From NCBI GenBank assembly GCA_036496065.1, contig DASXLU010000065.1, positions 1 to 56,477 on the forward strand: a stretch of DNA of 56,477 nucleotides, given 5' to 3'. This document shows, in pieces, positions 47,883-56,477 of the stretch; the first letter of the stretch is position 1; the number at the start of each line of letters is the position of its first letter. Made by a program: the position numbers and the translations under genes. Source of the stretch: Candidatus Acidiferrum sp. (lineage in GTDB: Bacteria > Acidobacteriota > Terriglobia > Acidiferrales > UBA7541). Below the pieces are notes generated by a model that worked only from the letters and a program-made list of their open reading frames with translations, did no database searches and had not been told where the DNA came from.

Positions 47883-49760
47883 GTGAAAATAAAAAAGAAA
47901 TACACGCTGATTTCGGCCTTGGCTGCAACGATCGCATTGGCAGTCGCCGTCCCCAGCACATGGCCGCAGGAAGATATTAGGGCGAATCAGGATGCTGTTC
48001 TGGCTCATCTGAATGCTGCCATCAACTGGTATAAGAATCTGACCGCGCAAATTCCCGCGGGGCAGCAGCCAAGCGATGAGATCTATCTCAGCAATGCGGA
48101 GAGTCTGGGCAGCCAAGTGGTTCGGCTGGCATTTCAATCGGCGCGCGCCCAGGCCAGCCTGAATGCTCAATCTGCTGCGGGCACCCCTTCGAACAATGCG
48201 GCACCCGACGCAAGCGACAATGCCAGTAGCGGCGCGCAAAAGTATGCGCAGATGGAAGCGCAGATTTTGCAGCGCATTGCCGACGAGGAATCGCAGATCA
48301 GCGCGTTGAAGCCTAAACCATCCAAAGGTGGAAAGAATACTGTCGAAGAGCAAAAGCGATCGCTCGAAGGCAAACTCACGTTAGACAAAGCCACCCTCGA
48401 TGCGGTCCAGCAAATGAAAAAATTCGTAGAGGACAGCAATTCTGGCGGAACCGGGCTCGATAAAAGCATCAACGAATTGGCGCGCTCCGTTCCGGAAGTG
48501 TTTAGTCCGCAACTAGCCGGCAAAACCGGTCCTTCGCTGAGCCCCACGAAGGCGCAGGCTGCTCCATCGTCCGGTTTGATTGGTCAGACGATGGCCCTTT
48601 ATGGCGAAATGGAAACCATTCGATCGATTGAGCAAAGAATGGATGAGAATGACAACGTCCAGAAGGTGGCCAACAATCTGCGCGCACCATTGCGAAAGCA
48701 ACTGCAGGATACGCTACAACAGGGCAAGGATCTGGGCACCCAGAGTAATGTCCCCAAAGGGGAATATGATGCCCTGACAAACAGGTTCAAGCAGCTATCG
48801 GCAGCTTTGCTGCCCCTTAGCGAAGAAACGGTAGTGCTGGATCAGAGCCGTTCGAACCTTTTGCAATGGAGAAGGGCGCACACCAGCGCGTCGCGGACGA
48901 TGCTGGTTACCGTGCTCACCCGAGTGGGGTTGATCCTCGCCTCAATCGCAATCATTTTTGGATTGGCCGAAGCCTGGCGGCGTCTTACCTTTCGCTACAT
49001 ACACGATCCTCGTCGCAGAAGGCAGTTCCTGATAATGCGCCGGTTCGTAATGGGCTTCTTTATCTGTCTGGTGATCATTCTCGGGTTCGTCAGTGAATTC
49101 AGCTCGCTGGCCACCTTTGCGGGTTTCGTGACCGCAGGTATCGCGGTGGGCTTGCAAACGGTGCTCTTGTCTGTCGCGGCTTACTTTTTCGTAGTGGGGA
49201 GATACGGCATTCGAGTGGGCGACCGCATCACGATCGCAGGTGTTACCGGCGACGTGATCGACTTGGGCTTAGTGCGATTTTATCTGATGGAATACGCGGC
49301 CACCGGCGTTGAACTATTTCCCACCGGCCGAATCGTGGTGTTTTCGAACTCCGTCCTGTTCCAGGCCACCACACCGCTATTCAAGCAGCTTCCCGGAGCC
49401 CATTACACCTGGCACGAAATAGTATTGCCGGTTGGCCAAGGCGCCGACCACGAGCTGCTGCAGAAAAACTTGTACTCGGCAGTCGAATCGGTCTTTAAGG
49501 AACATAGCCAAGAGCAAGAGTGGCAACGCGCACTGGATAGCCAAATGGACATCGCCGTAAAAGCCCCGGCGCCCGAACAGCGGCTGCAGTTCTCGGACAA
49601 CGGAGCGGAACTGGTCATACGCTATCCCGTGGATTTGCACCGAGCGCCCGAGATAGACGACAAAATAACCAGAGCTTTGCTAGAAGCCATTAGCAAGAAC
49701 GAAAAAGTGGCAGGCAGTGTAACTGGGACACCGAAGATTCGCCCTACTGTGAAGACATAG
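47883..49760 (+). CDS. MscS-family mechanosensitive channel with large periplasmic coiled-coil domain
   Basis: Signal peptide; AGIAVGLQ, IRVGDRITIAGVTGDVIDLG, VVFSNS. Confidence 0.9.
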   Translation: MKIKKKYTLISALAATIALAVAVPSTWPQEDIRANQDAVLAHLNAAINWYKNLTAQIPAGQQPSDEIYLSNAESLGSQVVRLAFQSARAQASLNAQSAAGTPSNNAAPDASDNASSGAQKYAQMEAQILQRIADEESQISALKPKPSKGGKNTVEEQKRSLEGKLTLDKATLDAVQQMKKFVEDSNSGGTGLDKSINELARSVPEVFSPQLAGKTGPSLSPTKAQAAPSSGLIGQTMALYGEMETIRSIEQRMDENDNVQKVANNLRAPLRKQLQDTLQQGKDLGTQSNVPKGEYDALTNRFKQLSAALLPLSEETVVLDQSRSNLLQWRRAHTSASRTMLVTVLTRVGLILASIAIIFGLAEAWRRLTFRYIHDPRRRRQFLIMRRFVMGFFICLVIILGFVSEFSSLATFAGFVTAGIAVGLQTVLLSVAAYFFVVGRYGIRVGDRITIAGVTGDVIDLGLVRFYLMEYAATGVELFPTGRIVVFSNSVLFQATTPLFKQLPGAHYTWHEIVLPVGQGADHELLQKNLYSAVESVFKEHSQEQEWQRALDSQMDIAVKAPAPEQRLQFSDNGAELVIRYPVDLHRAPEIDDKITRALLEAISKNEKVAGSVTGTPKIRPTVKT

Positions 49761-49882
49761 GCGTCCAAATTTCAGATTTAGTGGAAGATGGGCCGAGATT
49801 CTTAGAGTAGCGGCGCGGATTGGCCCAGAATTACGTTCGATTAGGGGTTCCGCGCAATAATTCAATAAGTGGAGGTGCCACC

Positions 49883-50776
49883 ATGCCATCCGACGTCGAG
49901 CGCATTCAAAAAAACGTACGCGCATTGCGGAAAATTCTAAAGAAGACGCCGAAGCGCATGAGTCCGGACGGGATTCACAAGCTACGGACGCGGACGCGAC
50001 GGCTTGAATCGGTGCTGGAAGCTTTGTCACGGGATCTCAACGCAGGCGAGCGCCGGTTGCTCCGAGAACTCACGCAGATTCGCCGCCTCACCGGTAAGGT
50101 ACGAGACATGGACGTTTTCAGCACACACCTTGCGACTACAAAGTTCAAATCCGATACCCAGTCCCTGGTGCTTTTGTTCGAATACTTGGGAGCGAAGCGC
50201 TACCGCCACGCCGGGAAATTGCATGACTGGATGAAGTGGGAAGGGCCATCCACCAGACGGCGGTTGAAGAAAATGTCGTCGAGGTGGAAAAGTCTGGTCG
50301 CGAAAAAAGACCGAGCACCCATCAGCGACACAACTCTAAACGCCGATGCCATGGCCTCAGCCCTCAACCTTTCGGCAGCCTTGGCCACACCTCCGAACCT
50401 GCAGCCGAGCAACCTGCACGAATACCGCATGAAGATTAAGGATCTTCGCGACGTATTGCAGAGCGTCGAACATGCGGAAAATCATAACCGGTTCATTGAA
50501 GCGCTGGGCAGAAGTAAGGATGCCATTGGCGAATGGCACGATTGGGAAGAACTGGTTCGGATTGCGGCTAAGGTTTTGAAGCGTGAAGACAATACGCGCC
50601 TGCTTGGCGAGTTACGAAAGATCAGCCAGCAGAGATATGAGCAGGCGTTATCGGTTACCAATAAAATGCGCGATGAATACGTCCAGGCTGGAAAGAGAAG
50701 TGCGAAAGGCGAACAAAAACGCGGTCGCAAGGCATCCTCACCGGCTCTGCAAGTAGTGAAGGCCATGACGGCTTAA
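49883..50776 (+). CDS. CHAD-domain protein
   Basis: IHKLRTRTRRL, GKVRDMDV, LHEYRMKIKDLR, IGEWHD; GGAGG RBS. Confidence 0.92.
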   Translation: MPSDVERIQKNVRALRKILKKTPKRMSPDGIHKLRTRTRRLESVLEALSRDLNAGERRLLRELTQIRRLTGKVRDMDVFSTHLATTKFKSDTQSLVLLFEYLGAKRYRHAGKLHDWMKWEGPSTRRRLKKMSSRWKSLVAKKDRAPISDTTLNADAMASALNLSAALATPPNLQPSNLHEYRMKIKDLRDVLQSVEHAENHNRFIEALGRSKDAIGEWHDWEELVRIAAKVLKREDNTRLLGELRKISQQRYEQALSVTNKMRDEYVQAGKRSAKGEQKRGRKASSPALQVVKAMTA

Positions 50777-50829
50777 CTACCGGACTTGCAAGGTTGAAGG
50801 TGAACAGAGTCTGAGTATGCCCAGTCGCT

Positions 50830-53082
50830 TTAGGCGACGACTTCGCCTTTGCCGGATGGTTTCGGGATCGTCGGCTTGGTTGAAGAATGTTTGCTTCGAT
50901 GCTCGGATAGGGTTTCGTCAATCTTGGATACGAGGGTCTCGCGCGAAAAGGGTTTCTGCAAAAAGTAACTACCGTCGAGAAATTCCCCAGTGGCCTTGTT
51001 GAACTCCAGATAGCCTGACATGTAGATAACCTTCAACTCGGGCAAGAGCGCCTTTAGAGATTTCGAAAGTTCCGGACCGCGCATTCTGGGCATGACAATG
51101 TCCGTGAGTAATATGCGAATCGGTTCAGCGGAATTCCGCGCCGCGCTAATTCCCAAGGCTTCATGTCCGTCTCTGGCCGTGAGGACTTGGTAGCCTGCTG
51201 CCTTCATGAATTCGGCGGCTAAATCGCGGACGGCGTCCTCATCTTCAACGATCAGCACTAGCTCGGAACGCTGCGGAGCCGCCGCGGTGCCGGTTGTTCC
51301 GGCTACATGGCTTTCTTTGGCGTGGACAACCGGCAAGTAAACTTCGAATCGGGCGCCTTCTCCGAGTTCCGAATCTACCCAGATGCAGCCGCCGCTTTGT
51401 TTAACCACGCCGTAAACCGTCGCGAGTCCAAGGCCGGTTCCTTTGCCAAGTTCTTTGGTGGTGAAAAAAGGTTCGAAAATTCGCGCTTTCGTCGCGCTGT
51501 CCATGCCGTGGCCCGTGTCTTCCACCATCAAGCGAACATATTCGCCGGGCTGAAGCGGAGGGCGGCTTTTCGCCAGTGCCTCGTCCACAATTACGTTGCG
51601 CGTCTCTACGATTAATTTGCCGCCTTGCGGCATCGCATCGCACGCGTTCACCGTGAGGTTCATGATCACTTGTTCGATCTGGCCCGGATCGGCTTTGACG
51701 CGTCCCAGCGAAGCGCCCGCGAGGAACGCAAACGAGATATCCTCGCGAACCAGTCGCTTTAACAAATTGCACATTTCGGAGACGAGAGCGTTCAGGTCCA
51801 GAATTTTTGGCTCCAGAACTTGCATGCGGCTGAACGCGAGCAGTTGTCGCGTGAGAGATGCCGCACGGTCCGCGGCTTTTTCGATCTGATCGGCGTTGCG
51901 TCGAACCGGATCATTGGGCTGCAAGCGATCGAGCATCAAGTCGCCGTGGCCCTTGATGATTGTGAGCAGGTTGTTGAAATCATGCGCGACGCCACCAGCC
52001 AGGCGTCCGATAGCTTCCATTTTTTGTGACTGCCGCAATTGCTCTTCAAGCTGCTGTTTTTGCGATTCGTTGTTCTGCAACGTGGAACGCATTCGGCTGA
52101 ACGCACGCGTCACCCGCCCAACCTCGTCACTGCTTTCAGCCTTGAGTGGATAGGAGTAGTCGCCTTGCTCCAGTGCCAGGACTCCGCGTACCAGCGAGCC
52201 CAGCGGCTGCGTGAACCTGTCAGAGATTACGAAGACCAAGGCTCCACCAAGCAACACCGCAAGGAGCCCGATTTCTGCCAGCAATTGAGTCTCCTTTTCC
52301 AGGTACGCCAAGGCTTCCTTGTAAGACTTCAGTACGATGAGACTAACTGGGTGAGTGCCCGCGGCGAGTTCCGACGAACTGACAAAGAAGCGCTCGCCGT
52401 CGAGTGTTACGCCTTGCTGCGATGAAGACCGGTCGAGTTGCCGGGCGAATTCCCGTTCTTCGAATAGCGGCAACGTGCTGGCGACAATGTCGTTTCCGTA
52501 ACGAAAGGCAAGTTGGCTCGATGACATATGGCGAAGCTCGTTAGCCGCCGGGTCGATACCGCGGCCGACGATGACGGTGCCAAGCCGATTCGCTTGCGCG
52601 GGCGCACCATCGTAGAAAGGTTTCAGCACTACCTGATATAAGCGAGTGCCGCTATACCACCAACCCGCCCCGCTGCCATTCCGCAGAGTTTGTGCCAACA
52701 AATCCTGAGCGACTTCTGTCGGAAAAGCGGCCGCTGTCGAGTGCAACGCTACGATTTTGCCCTGCGCGTCAGCGAGTACCAAGAGATCGCATTCATCCGT
52801 CTGCCAGGGGTCGTTGCTTACATCATCGATTGCGGAGGGATCGCCGTTGCGCATCGAGACGAGCGAGGCGAGCAGGTCCGCCTTGCGGATCAGCATCACC
52901 TGGTGCTGATGCTGCAGCACCTGAAAGGTCATCATGGCGTTCCGCGACTCTTCCTGGATTTCGCGCTGCACGCGGCTTTCACCAGAGCGGCGTACGATCA
53001 GCAGGGTCACTCCTGTCAGACAGGAGGTGACGATGGCAAGAGACAGCATGAACTTGGTGCGCAGTCTCAAAGCAGCCCTCAA
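50830..53082 (-). CDS. hybrid sensor histidine kinase (2TM-HAMP-HisKA-HATPase-REC)
   Basis: QSQKMEAIGRLAGGVAHDFNNLL, FEPFFTTK..GTGLGL, REC with LTDIVMP and QKPF; start uncertain. Confidence 0.95.
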   Translation of the reverse strand: MRAALRLRTKFMLSLAIVTSCLTGVTLLIVRRSGESRVQREIQEESRNAMMTFQVLQHQHQVMLIRKADLLASLVSMRNGDPSAIDDVSNDPWQTDECDLLVLADAQGKIVALHSTAAAFPTEVAQDLLAQTLRNGSGAGWWYSGTRLYQVVLKPFYDGAPAQANRLGTVIVGRGIDPAANELRHMSSSQLAFRYGNDIVASTLPLFEEREFARQLDRSSSQQGVTLDGERFFVSSSELAAGTHPVSLIVLKSYKEALAYLEKETQLLAEIGLLAVLLGGALVFVISDRFTQPLGSLVRGVLALEQGDYSYPLKAESSDEVGRVTRAFSRMRSTLQNNESQKQQLEEQLRQSQKMEAIGRLAGGVAHDFNNLLTIIKGHGDLMLDRLQPNDPVRRNADQIEKAADRAASLTRQLLAFSRMQVLEPKILDLNALVSEMCNLLKRLVREDISFAFLAGASLGRVKADPGQIEQVIMNLTVNACDAMPQGGKLIVETRNVIVDEALAKSRPPLQPGEYVRLMVEDTGHGMDSATKARIFEPFFTTKELGKGTGLGLATVYGVVKQSGGCIWVDSELGEGARFEVYLPVVHAKESHVAGTTGTAAAPQRSELVLIVEDEDAVRDLAAEFMKAAGYQVLTARDGHEALGISAARNSAEPIRILLTDIVMPRMRGPELSKSLKALLPELKVIYMSGYLEFNKATGEFLDGSYFLQKPFSRETLVSKIDETLSEHRSKHSSTKPTIPKPSGKGEVVA

Positions 53083-53224
53083 TGTTGAAGTCGTACCCTG
53101 GAATGGCCCGGTGGCCCATCAATTGAGACCTAAGCTAGTGGAAGCACGTGAGTTGCGGAATAGGCCGTGAGTACTAAATGATTTAGTTCGGAGGGACAGT
53201 GGCCGCCTATAGCAGTGGCAAGCG

Positions 53225-53608
53225 CTAATCGAGATTGGGCGGACTGAGGAGGGCGGTCAGGCAAGCCAGCAGTCGCTCCGTACCGCCTTCAGCCTTTGAG
53301 AGCACGTCGCAAAATCCCAGCGCCTTGGCCTCTTTTAGTAGCTGATTCGAAGCGTGCATCGTAAACAAGACTAACCTCGCTTGCGGCGCAATAACCGTGA
53401 TGTACCGCGCTGCTTCGAGCCCGTTCATGACCGGCATGGCCAGGTCCAGAATGACTACGTCCGGGCTCAACTTACGGACCATATCAACGGCGACTCGGCC
53501 ATTCTCCGCTTCGCCACAAATGCTCCAATCCGCGTTCTGCTCGATGCAGGCGCGAATCGCTTGGCGCAGGTGGACACTATCGTCGACGATCAGAATTTGA
53601 GCACTCAT
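53225..53608 (-). CDS. single-domain response regulator (NarL-type receiver)
   Basis: ILIVDD, GEAENG, ILDLAMPVMNG, FTMH, SK. Confidence 0.93.
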   Translation of the reverse strand: MSAQILIVDDSVHLRQAIRACIEQNADWSICGEAENGRVAVDMVRKLSPDVVILDLAMPVMNGLEAARYITVIAPQARLVLFTMHASNQLLKEAKALGFCDVLSKAEGGTERLLACLTALLSPPNLD

Positions 53609-53732
53609 GCAACCCCCCGGGGACGCCTTGGGTAGGTTGCCGGTGTTAGTGCGGGGAGGAACGGCCCGGGTCGGACAAAAGGTATCAAGCGAAGGCTAAT
53701 AGATGGGGAGGGAGCTACAATACGCAGAACGC

Positions 53733-53748
53733 TGTACGCTAGCGTACA
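53733..53748. promoter_or_regulatory. palindromic operator candidate TGTACG-N4-CGTACA, copy 1
   Basis: TGTACGCTAGCGTACA, perfect 16-bp palindrome upstream of the receiver gene. Confidence 0.6.
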
Positions 53749-53752
53749 AATC

Positions 53753-54586
53753 TCATGAGCCTTGGCGTGCTTTAGCTTCGTTATTCCAGGTGTCAGCTTG
53801 GCGTTTAATGGTTTCGTAGCACTCGCAGGCGGCTGTCTCGAGCCCGTCGCGATTATCGATCTTCACGTCACCGCGCCTATAGGTGATCAAGCTAGCCTTC
53901 TGCAGTATGCCTGCGGCAACGGTGACGCTAGCCCGTCGAGTTCCCAACATGTGTGCCAAGGTTTCTTGCGTGAGAGGCACGTCGTCACCACCTAGACGAT
54001 CCTGGCTCATTAGCAGCCATCGGGCCAGCCTGCGATCCACTTCGTGCAAGCGGTTGCAGGCGGCGATTTGTGCGGCTTGCATGGCCATAACCTGCGAAAA
54101 GCGCTGCAGACTCTTCGTTAGATTGGGACAGCCAGGCAGGAGATCGACGAGATCGGCTCGGGTGACACGTAGTCCGGACCCTTCCACCTGCATGACGATC
54201 CGAGTAAGATTGGTTTCGAAACCGAAAACGATCGGCAGGCCGACGAATCCTTCCTTACCGGTCAATCCCACTTCCACGCTTTTGCCATCCGCCATGACGG
54301 TCAAAAATGAGACCAGTCCGGAGGTAACGAAGTAGGCAAACTCACTACGCGCACCGGATTCGTTCAGAATCAGATGTTTTTGCAAGTGGAGAGAACTTGC
54401 CTTGCTCAATACGGCTTCGCGTTCCTTCGCAGGAATACCTATGAGGATTGAGTTTTGCGTGCCAGAGTTTGAAGAATTTCCTGAGGAAAGCAAAATGTCT
54501 TTGCTGCGTGGGAGCGCCTTATTTACAGTGGCCAAAACGTACCTCGCGAACCAAAACGCTGTCTGAATTCGCAAGGACCGCATCAA
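53753..54586 (-). CDS. Crp/Fnr-family regulator
   Basis: YFVTSGLVS, EVGLTGKEG, AACNRLH..RLARWLL, LTQETLAHMLGTRRASVT, ACECY; start uncertain. Confidence 0.93.
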   Translation of the reverse strand: MMRSLRIQTAFWFARYVLATVNKALPRSKDILLSSGNSSNSGTQNSILIGIPAKEREAVLSKASSLHLQKHLILNESGARSEFAYFVTSGLVSFLTVMADGKSVEVGLTGKEGFVGLPIVFGFETNLTRIVMQVEGSGLRVTRADLVDLLPGCPNLTKSLQRFSQVMAMQAAQIAACNRLHEVDRRLARWLLMSQDRLGGDDVPLTQETLAHMLGTRRASVTVAAGILQKASLITYRRGDVKIDNRDGLETAACECYETIKRQADTWNNEAKARQGS

Positions 54587-54702
54587 GTTCAGCCGCGGAA
54601 GGAGCCAATTAGACGGGTGTTGCTACTCTACTCTTTCCTAACGGAGGCGACTAGCTTAAAACGGTAGGAATCCCTACAGGTTTTTTCGGCCTTTTCAAAG
54701 GT

Positions 54703-54718
54703 TGTACGTTGGCGTACA
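54703..54718. promoter_or_regulatory. palindromic operator candidate TGTACG-N4-CGTACA, copy 2
   Basis: TGTACGTTGGCGTACA in the divergent crp/xre intergenic region. Confidence 0.6.
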
Positions 54719-54766
54719 TTCAATTTGAGTTGTCGCTTCCACACGGCACGATTGGATGCGCAGAGA

Positions 54767-55546
54767 ATGCCGAAGGCTTTACGCAAATCGAGGAACGGGG
54801 AGCCCGAATGGACCGAGCCGATTCGTGAACTTCGGCATAAGCTTGACTTGAACCAGGCTGAGCTGGGACGAAGGCTGCACTATTCCGCCATGGCTATCTC
54901 CAGGTGGGAACGTGGCGAGCAAGAGCCCACCGATCGGGGCTACATCGAACTAGGGAACTTGGCCGGCGATCCGGCGTGCTGGTATTTTTGGGGACGTGCC
55001 GGGCTGCACAACGAAAATCTGCTTCGCGTTATGCCGCAATTGCGGCAGCGGTTGCAGAAAAACCTGCTTGCGGATTTGGAAATTGTGCAAGCGGGGAGTG
55101 GGCCGAAAAAAATCCCAGACAAGATTCAACTCATTGCCATCCCTCTGCTGAGGGTTATCGCTGCGGCCCACGGCGAAAAAGGCGGAAGCCCTTCAAGCCT
55201 GCTGGCAGGACCTCTGGAGACTATGATTGCCGCGCCAAGAGACTGGTGTCCGAATCCTTCAGCTACGAGTTGCCTGCAGGTCCGCGGTAAGTCCATGACG
55301 CCGCTGATTCCCGACGGCTGCATCGTAGCAGTCGACAGCTCGCAGAACGATCACATGACACTGGATGGAAAAATTGTGGTCGCGTGGCACAAGGATAAAG
55401 GATTGACCGTGTCGCGATTCCGCCGTTACGACCACACCGAAATACTTCAGCCCGAGAATGATGGCTACGAGTCCATCACTCTGAGCGCAAAGAATCGCTG
55501 GAAGATTGTGGCGCGCGTGCTCTGGTGGATCGGGAAAGCCCCGTAA
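54767..55546 (+). CDS. XRE HTH plus S24 (LexA/CI-like) regulator
   Basis: IRELR..LNQAELG..ISRWERG; LQVRGKSMTPLIPDG..VAVD, LQPEN. Confidence 0.92.
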   Translation: MPKALRKSRNGEPEWTEPIRELRHKLDLNQAELGRRLHYSAMAISRWERGEQEPTDRGYIELGNLAGDPACWYFWGRAGLHNENLLRVMPQLRQRLQKNLLADLEIVQAGSGPKKIPDKIQLIAIPLLRVIAAAHGEKGGSPSSLLAGPLETMIAAPRDWCPNPSATSCLQVRGKSMTPLIPDGCIVAVDSSQNDHMTLDGKIVVAWHKDKGLTVSRFRRYDHTEILQPENDGYESITLSAKNRWKIVARVLWWIGKAP

Positions 55547-55566
55547 CTGCCCGGAGCTTTAGAGCT

Positions 55567-55800
55567 TTACTTCGGCCGCACTTTGGCTCGACGGACATTC
55601 CTGGTCGCAGAAGTCGGTCGTTGTTTTGCCGTTGATTTAAGTGGATGCGCACAGGCAGGCGCTGCAGCACTTTCACATAATTTCCCTGTGGTGTTTTCCG
55701 GAGGAAGCAAACCGGTACGCGCACCGGTGGCTCCAGGCATGCTCTCGACATATCTGTGATACTTACTCCCGTCGATGTCAACGCTGATGTCCGTATCTAA
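55567..55800 (-). pseudogene. frameshifted C-terminal fragment of an EmrA/HlyD membrane-fusion protein
   Basis: ESMPGATGARTGLLPPENTTG in one frame continues as NYVKVLQRLPVRI..LRPGMSVEPK in another; no N-terminal part visible. Confidence 0.85.
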
Positions 55801-56232
55801 TCTCATCGGACGGCGGAGGAGGGTTCCTCGCGAGTTCCGAGAGCGGTAAAGCTTCAAAGCGTTTCGCCGCCAGTGAGCTTCGCGCATTATTCATCGCGAA
55901 ACACCGGCTAAAGCTGCTGATCCTTGCCATCGCAGGTGAAGCGTTTTGGGATTGGCTCGCCTTCCCGGATGGAAGCGCTTAATAAACGCATCGCGAATGC
56001 TCCTTCTGGACGACAGGTAAATCCGAATTCACTAAAGCTTTCAAGAGGAAACTAGATTTTAGGCGACTGGTCAATCCGGACTTGCGCGTAGCTCGTCAGC
56101 ATTCGTACTGGCATTACCGTATTGTCTGGTTAGGTGACATCACACGTATGCTGTTTGCTCCCGAGCAGTTTACGCAACGCCCAAGGCCATTCGTTAAGAA
56201 ACAAGAAACTGTTGTGCAGAGGAATTATTCCT

Positions 56233-56477
56233 GTGGGCACTTTATCGCAACAATTGTTTGGCCTTTTTATTCTGGCGCTTCCGGTGTCGACGGTGGCGTG
56301 GACCGTCACCCACGAAGAAATCTTTCGCGAGTTTCGCGAACAGTGCGCGGCGCGAAGCAAACAGTGCGCCAAGTGGTACCAGCGCAAATTCTTTTACCTG
56401 CTGACCTGCGAGTACTGCTTCAGCCACTATGTAACAGCGCTTTTCCTGGTGATTACGCGCTTCAAGCTGCTTCTACC
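56233..56477 (+). CDS. membrane protein with CxxC (DUF1360-like), truncated by the window end
   Basis: Manual translation MGTLSQQLFGLFILALPVSTVAWTVTHEEIFREFREQC..KFFYLLTCEYCFSHYV..; GAGG upstream; absent from the ORF track. Confidence 0.75.
   Translation, partial: MGTLSQQLFGLFILALPVSTVAWTVTHEEIFREFREQCAARSKQCAKWYQRKFFYLLTCEYCFSHYVTALFLVITRFKLLL

Overview
Bacterial chromosomal window of fairly high GC. Gene content and style suggest Acidobacteriota; this is an inference from the Oar-like TonB-dependent receptor and the gap-pgk-tpiA-secG-tRNA-Leu block, not a database result. Most of it is housekeeping and metabolism: glycolysis genes, tRNA-Leu(GAG), the MrfA/MrfB (YprA/YprB) repair pair, an amidohydrolase, a sugar transporter with PfkB kinase, a GH27 glycosidase and a PQQ-like propeller. 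The right end is rich in regulators (two Crp/Fnr, hybrid kinase, receiver, XRE-S24). No CRISPR array, integrase or transposase was seen. The best candidate for an undescribed system is at about 23.1-28.0 kb. There, a secreted precursor carries three synonymously diverged copies of the peptide ADGVPLPPP. It is followed by a stand-alone ~7TM protein and a translationally coupled membrane-anchored protein, and lies next to an XRE regulator with a non-catalytic S24-like domain, two GATATC-heptamer arrays and a secreted HEXXH peptidase. A 7TM hybrid kinase and HD-GYP regulator abut the cluster. The layout resembles a peptide-pheromone signalling cassette (inference). Other oddities are an oxidase subunit I lacking two CuB histidines, an ArsC/LMW-PTP with Cys->Ser at the nucleophile, a pilin head fused behind a large secreted domain, a DUF202-DUF302 fusion with an internal RBS, and paired TGTACG-N4-CGTACA palindromes. 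Family names come from motif recognition by eye; no searches were run.
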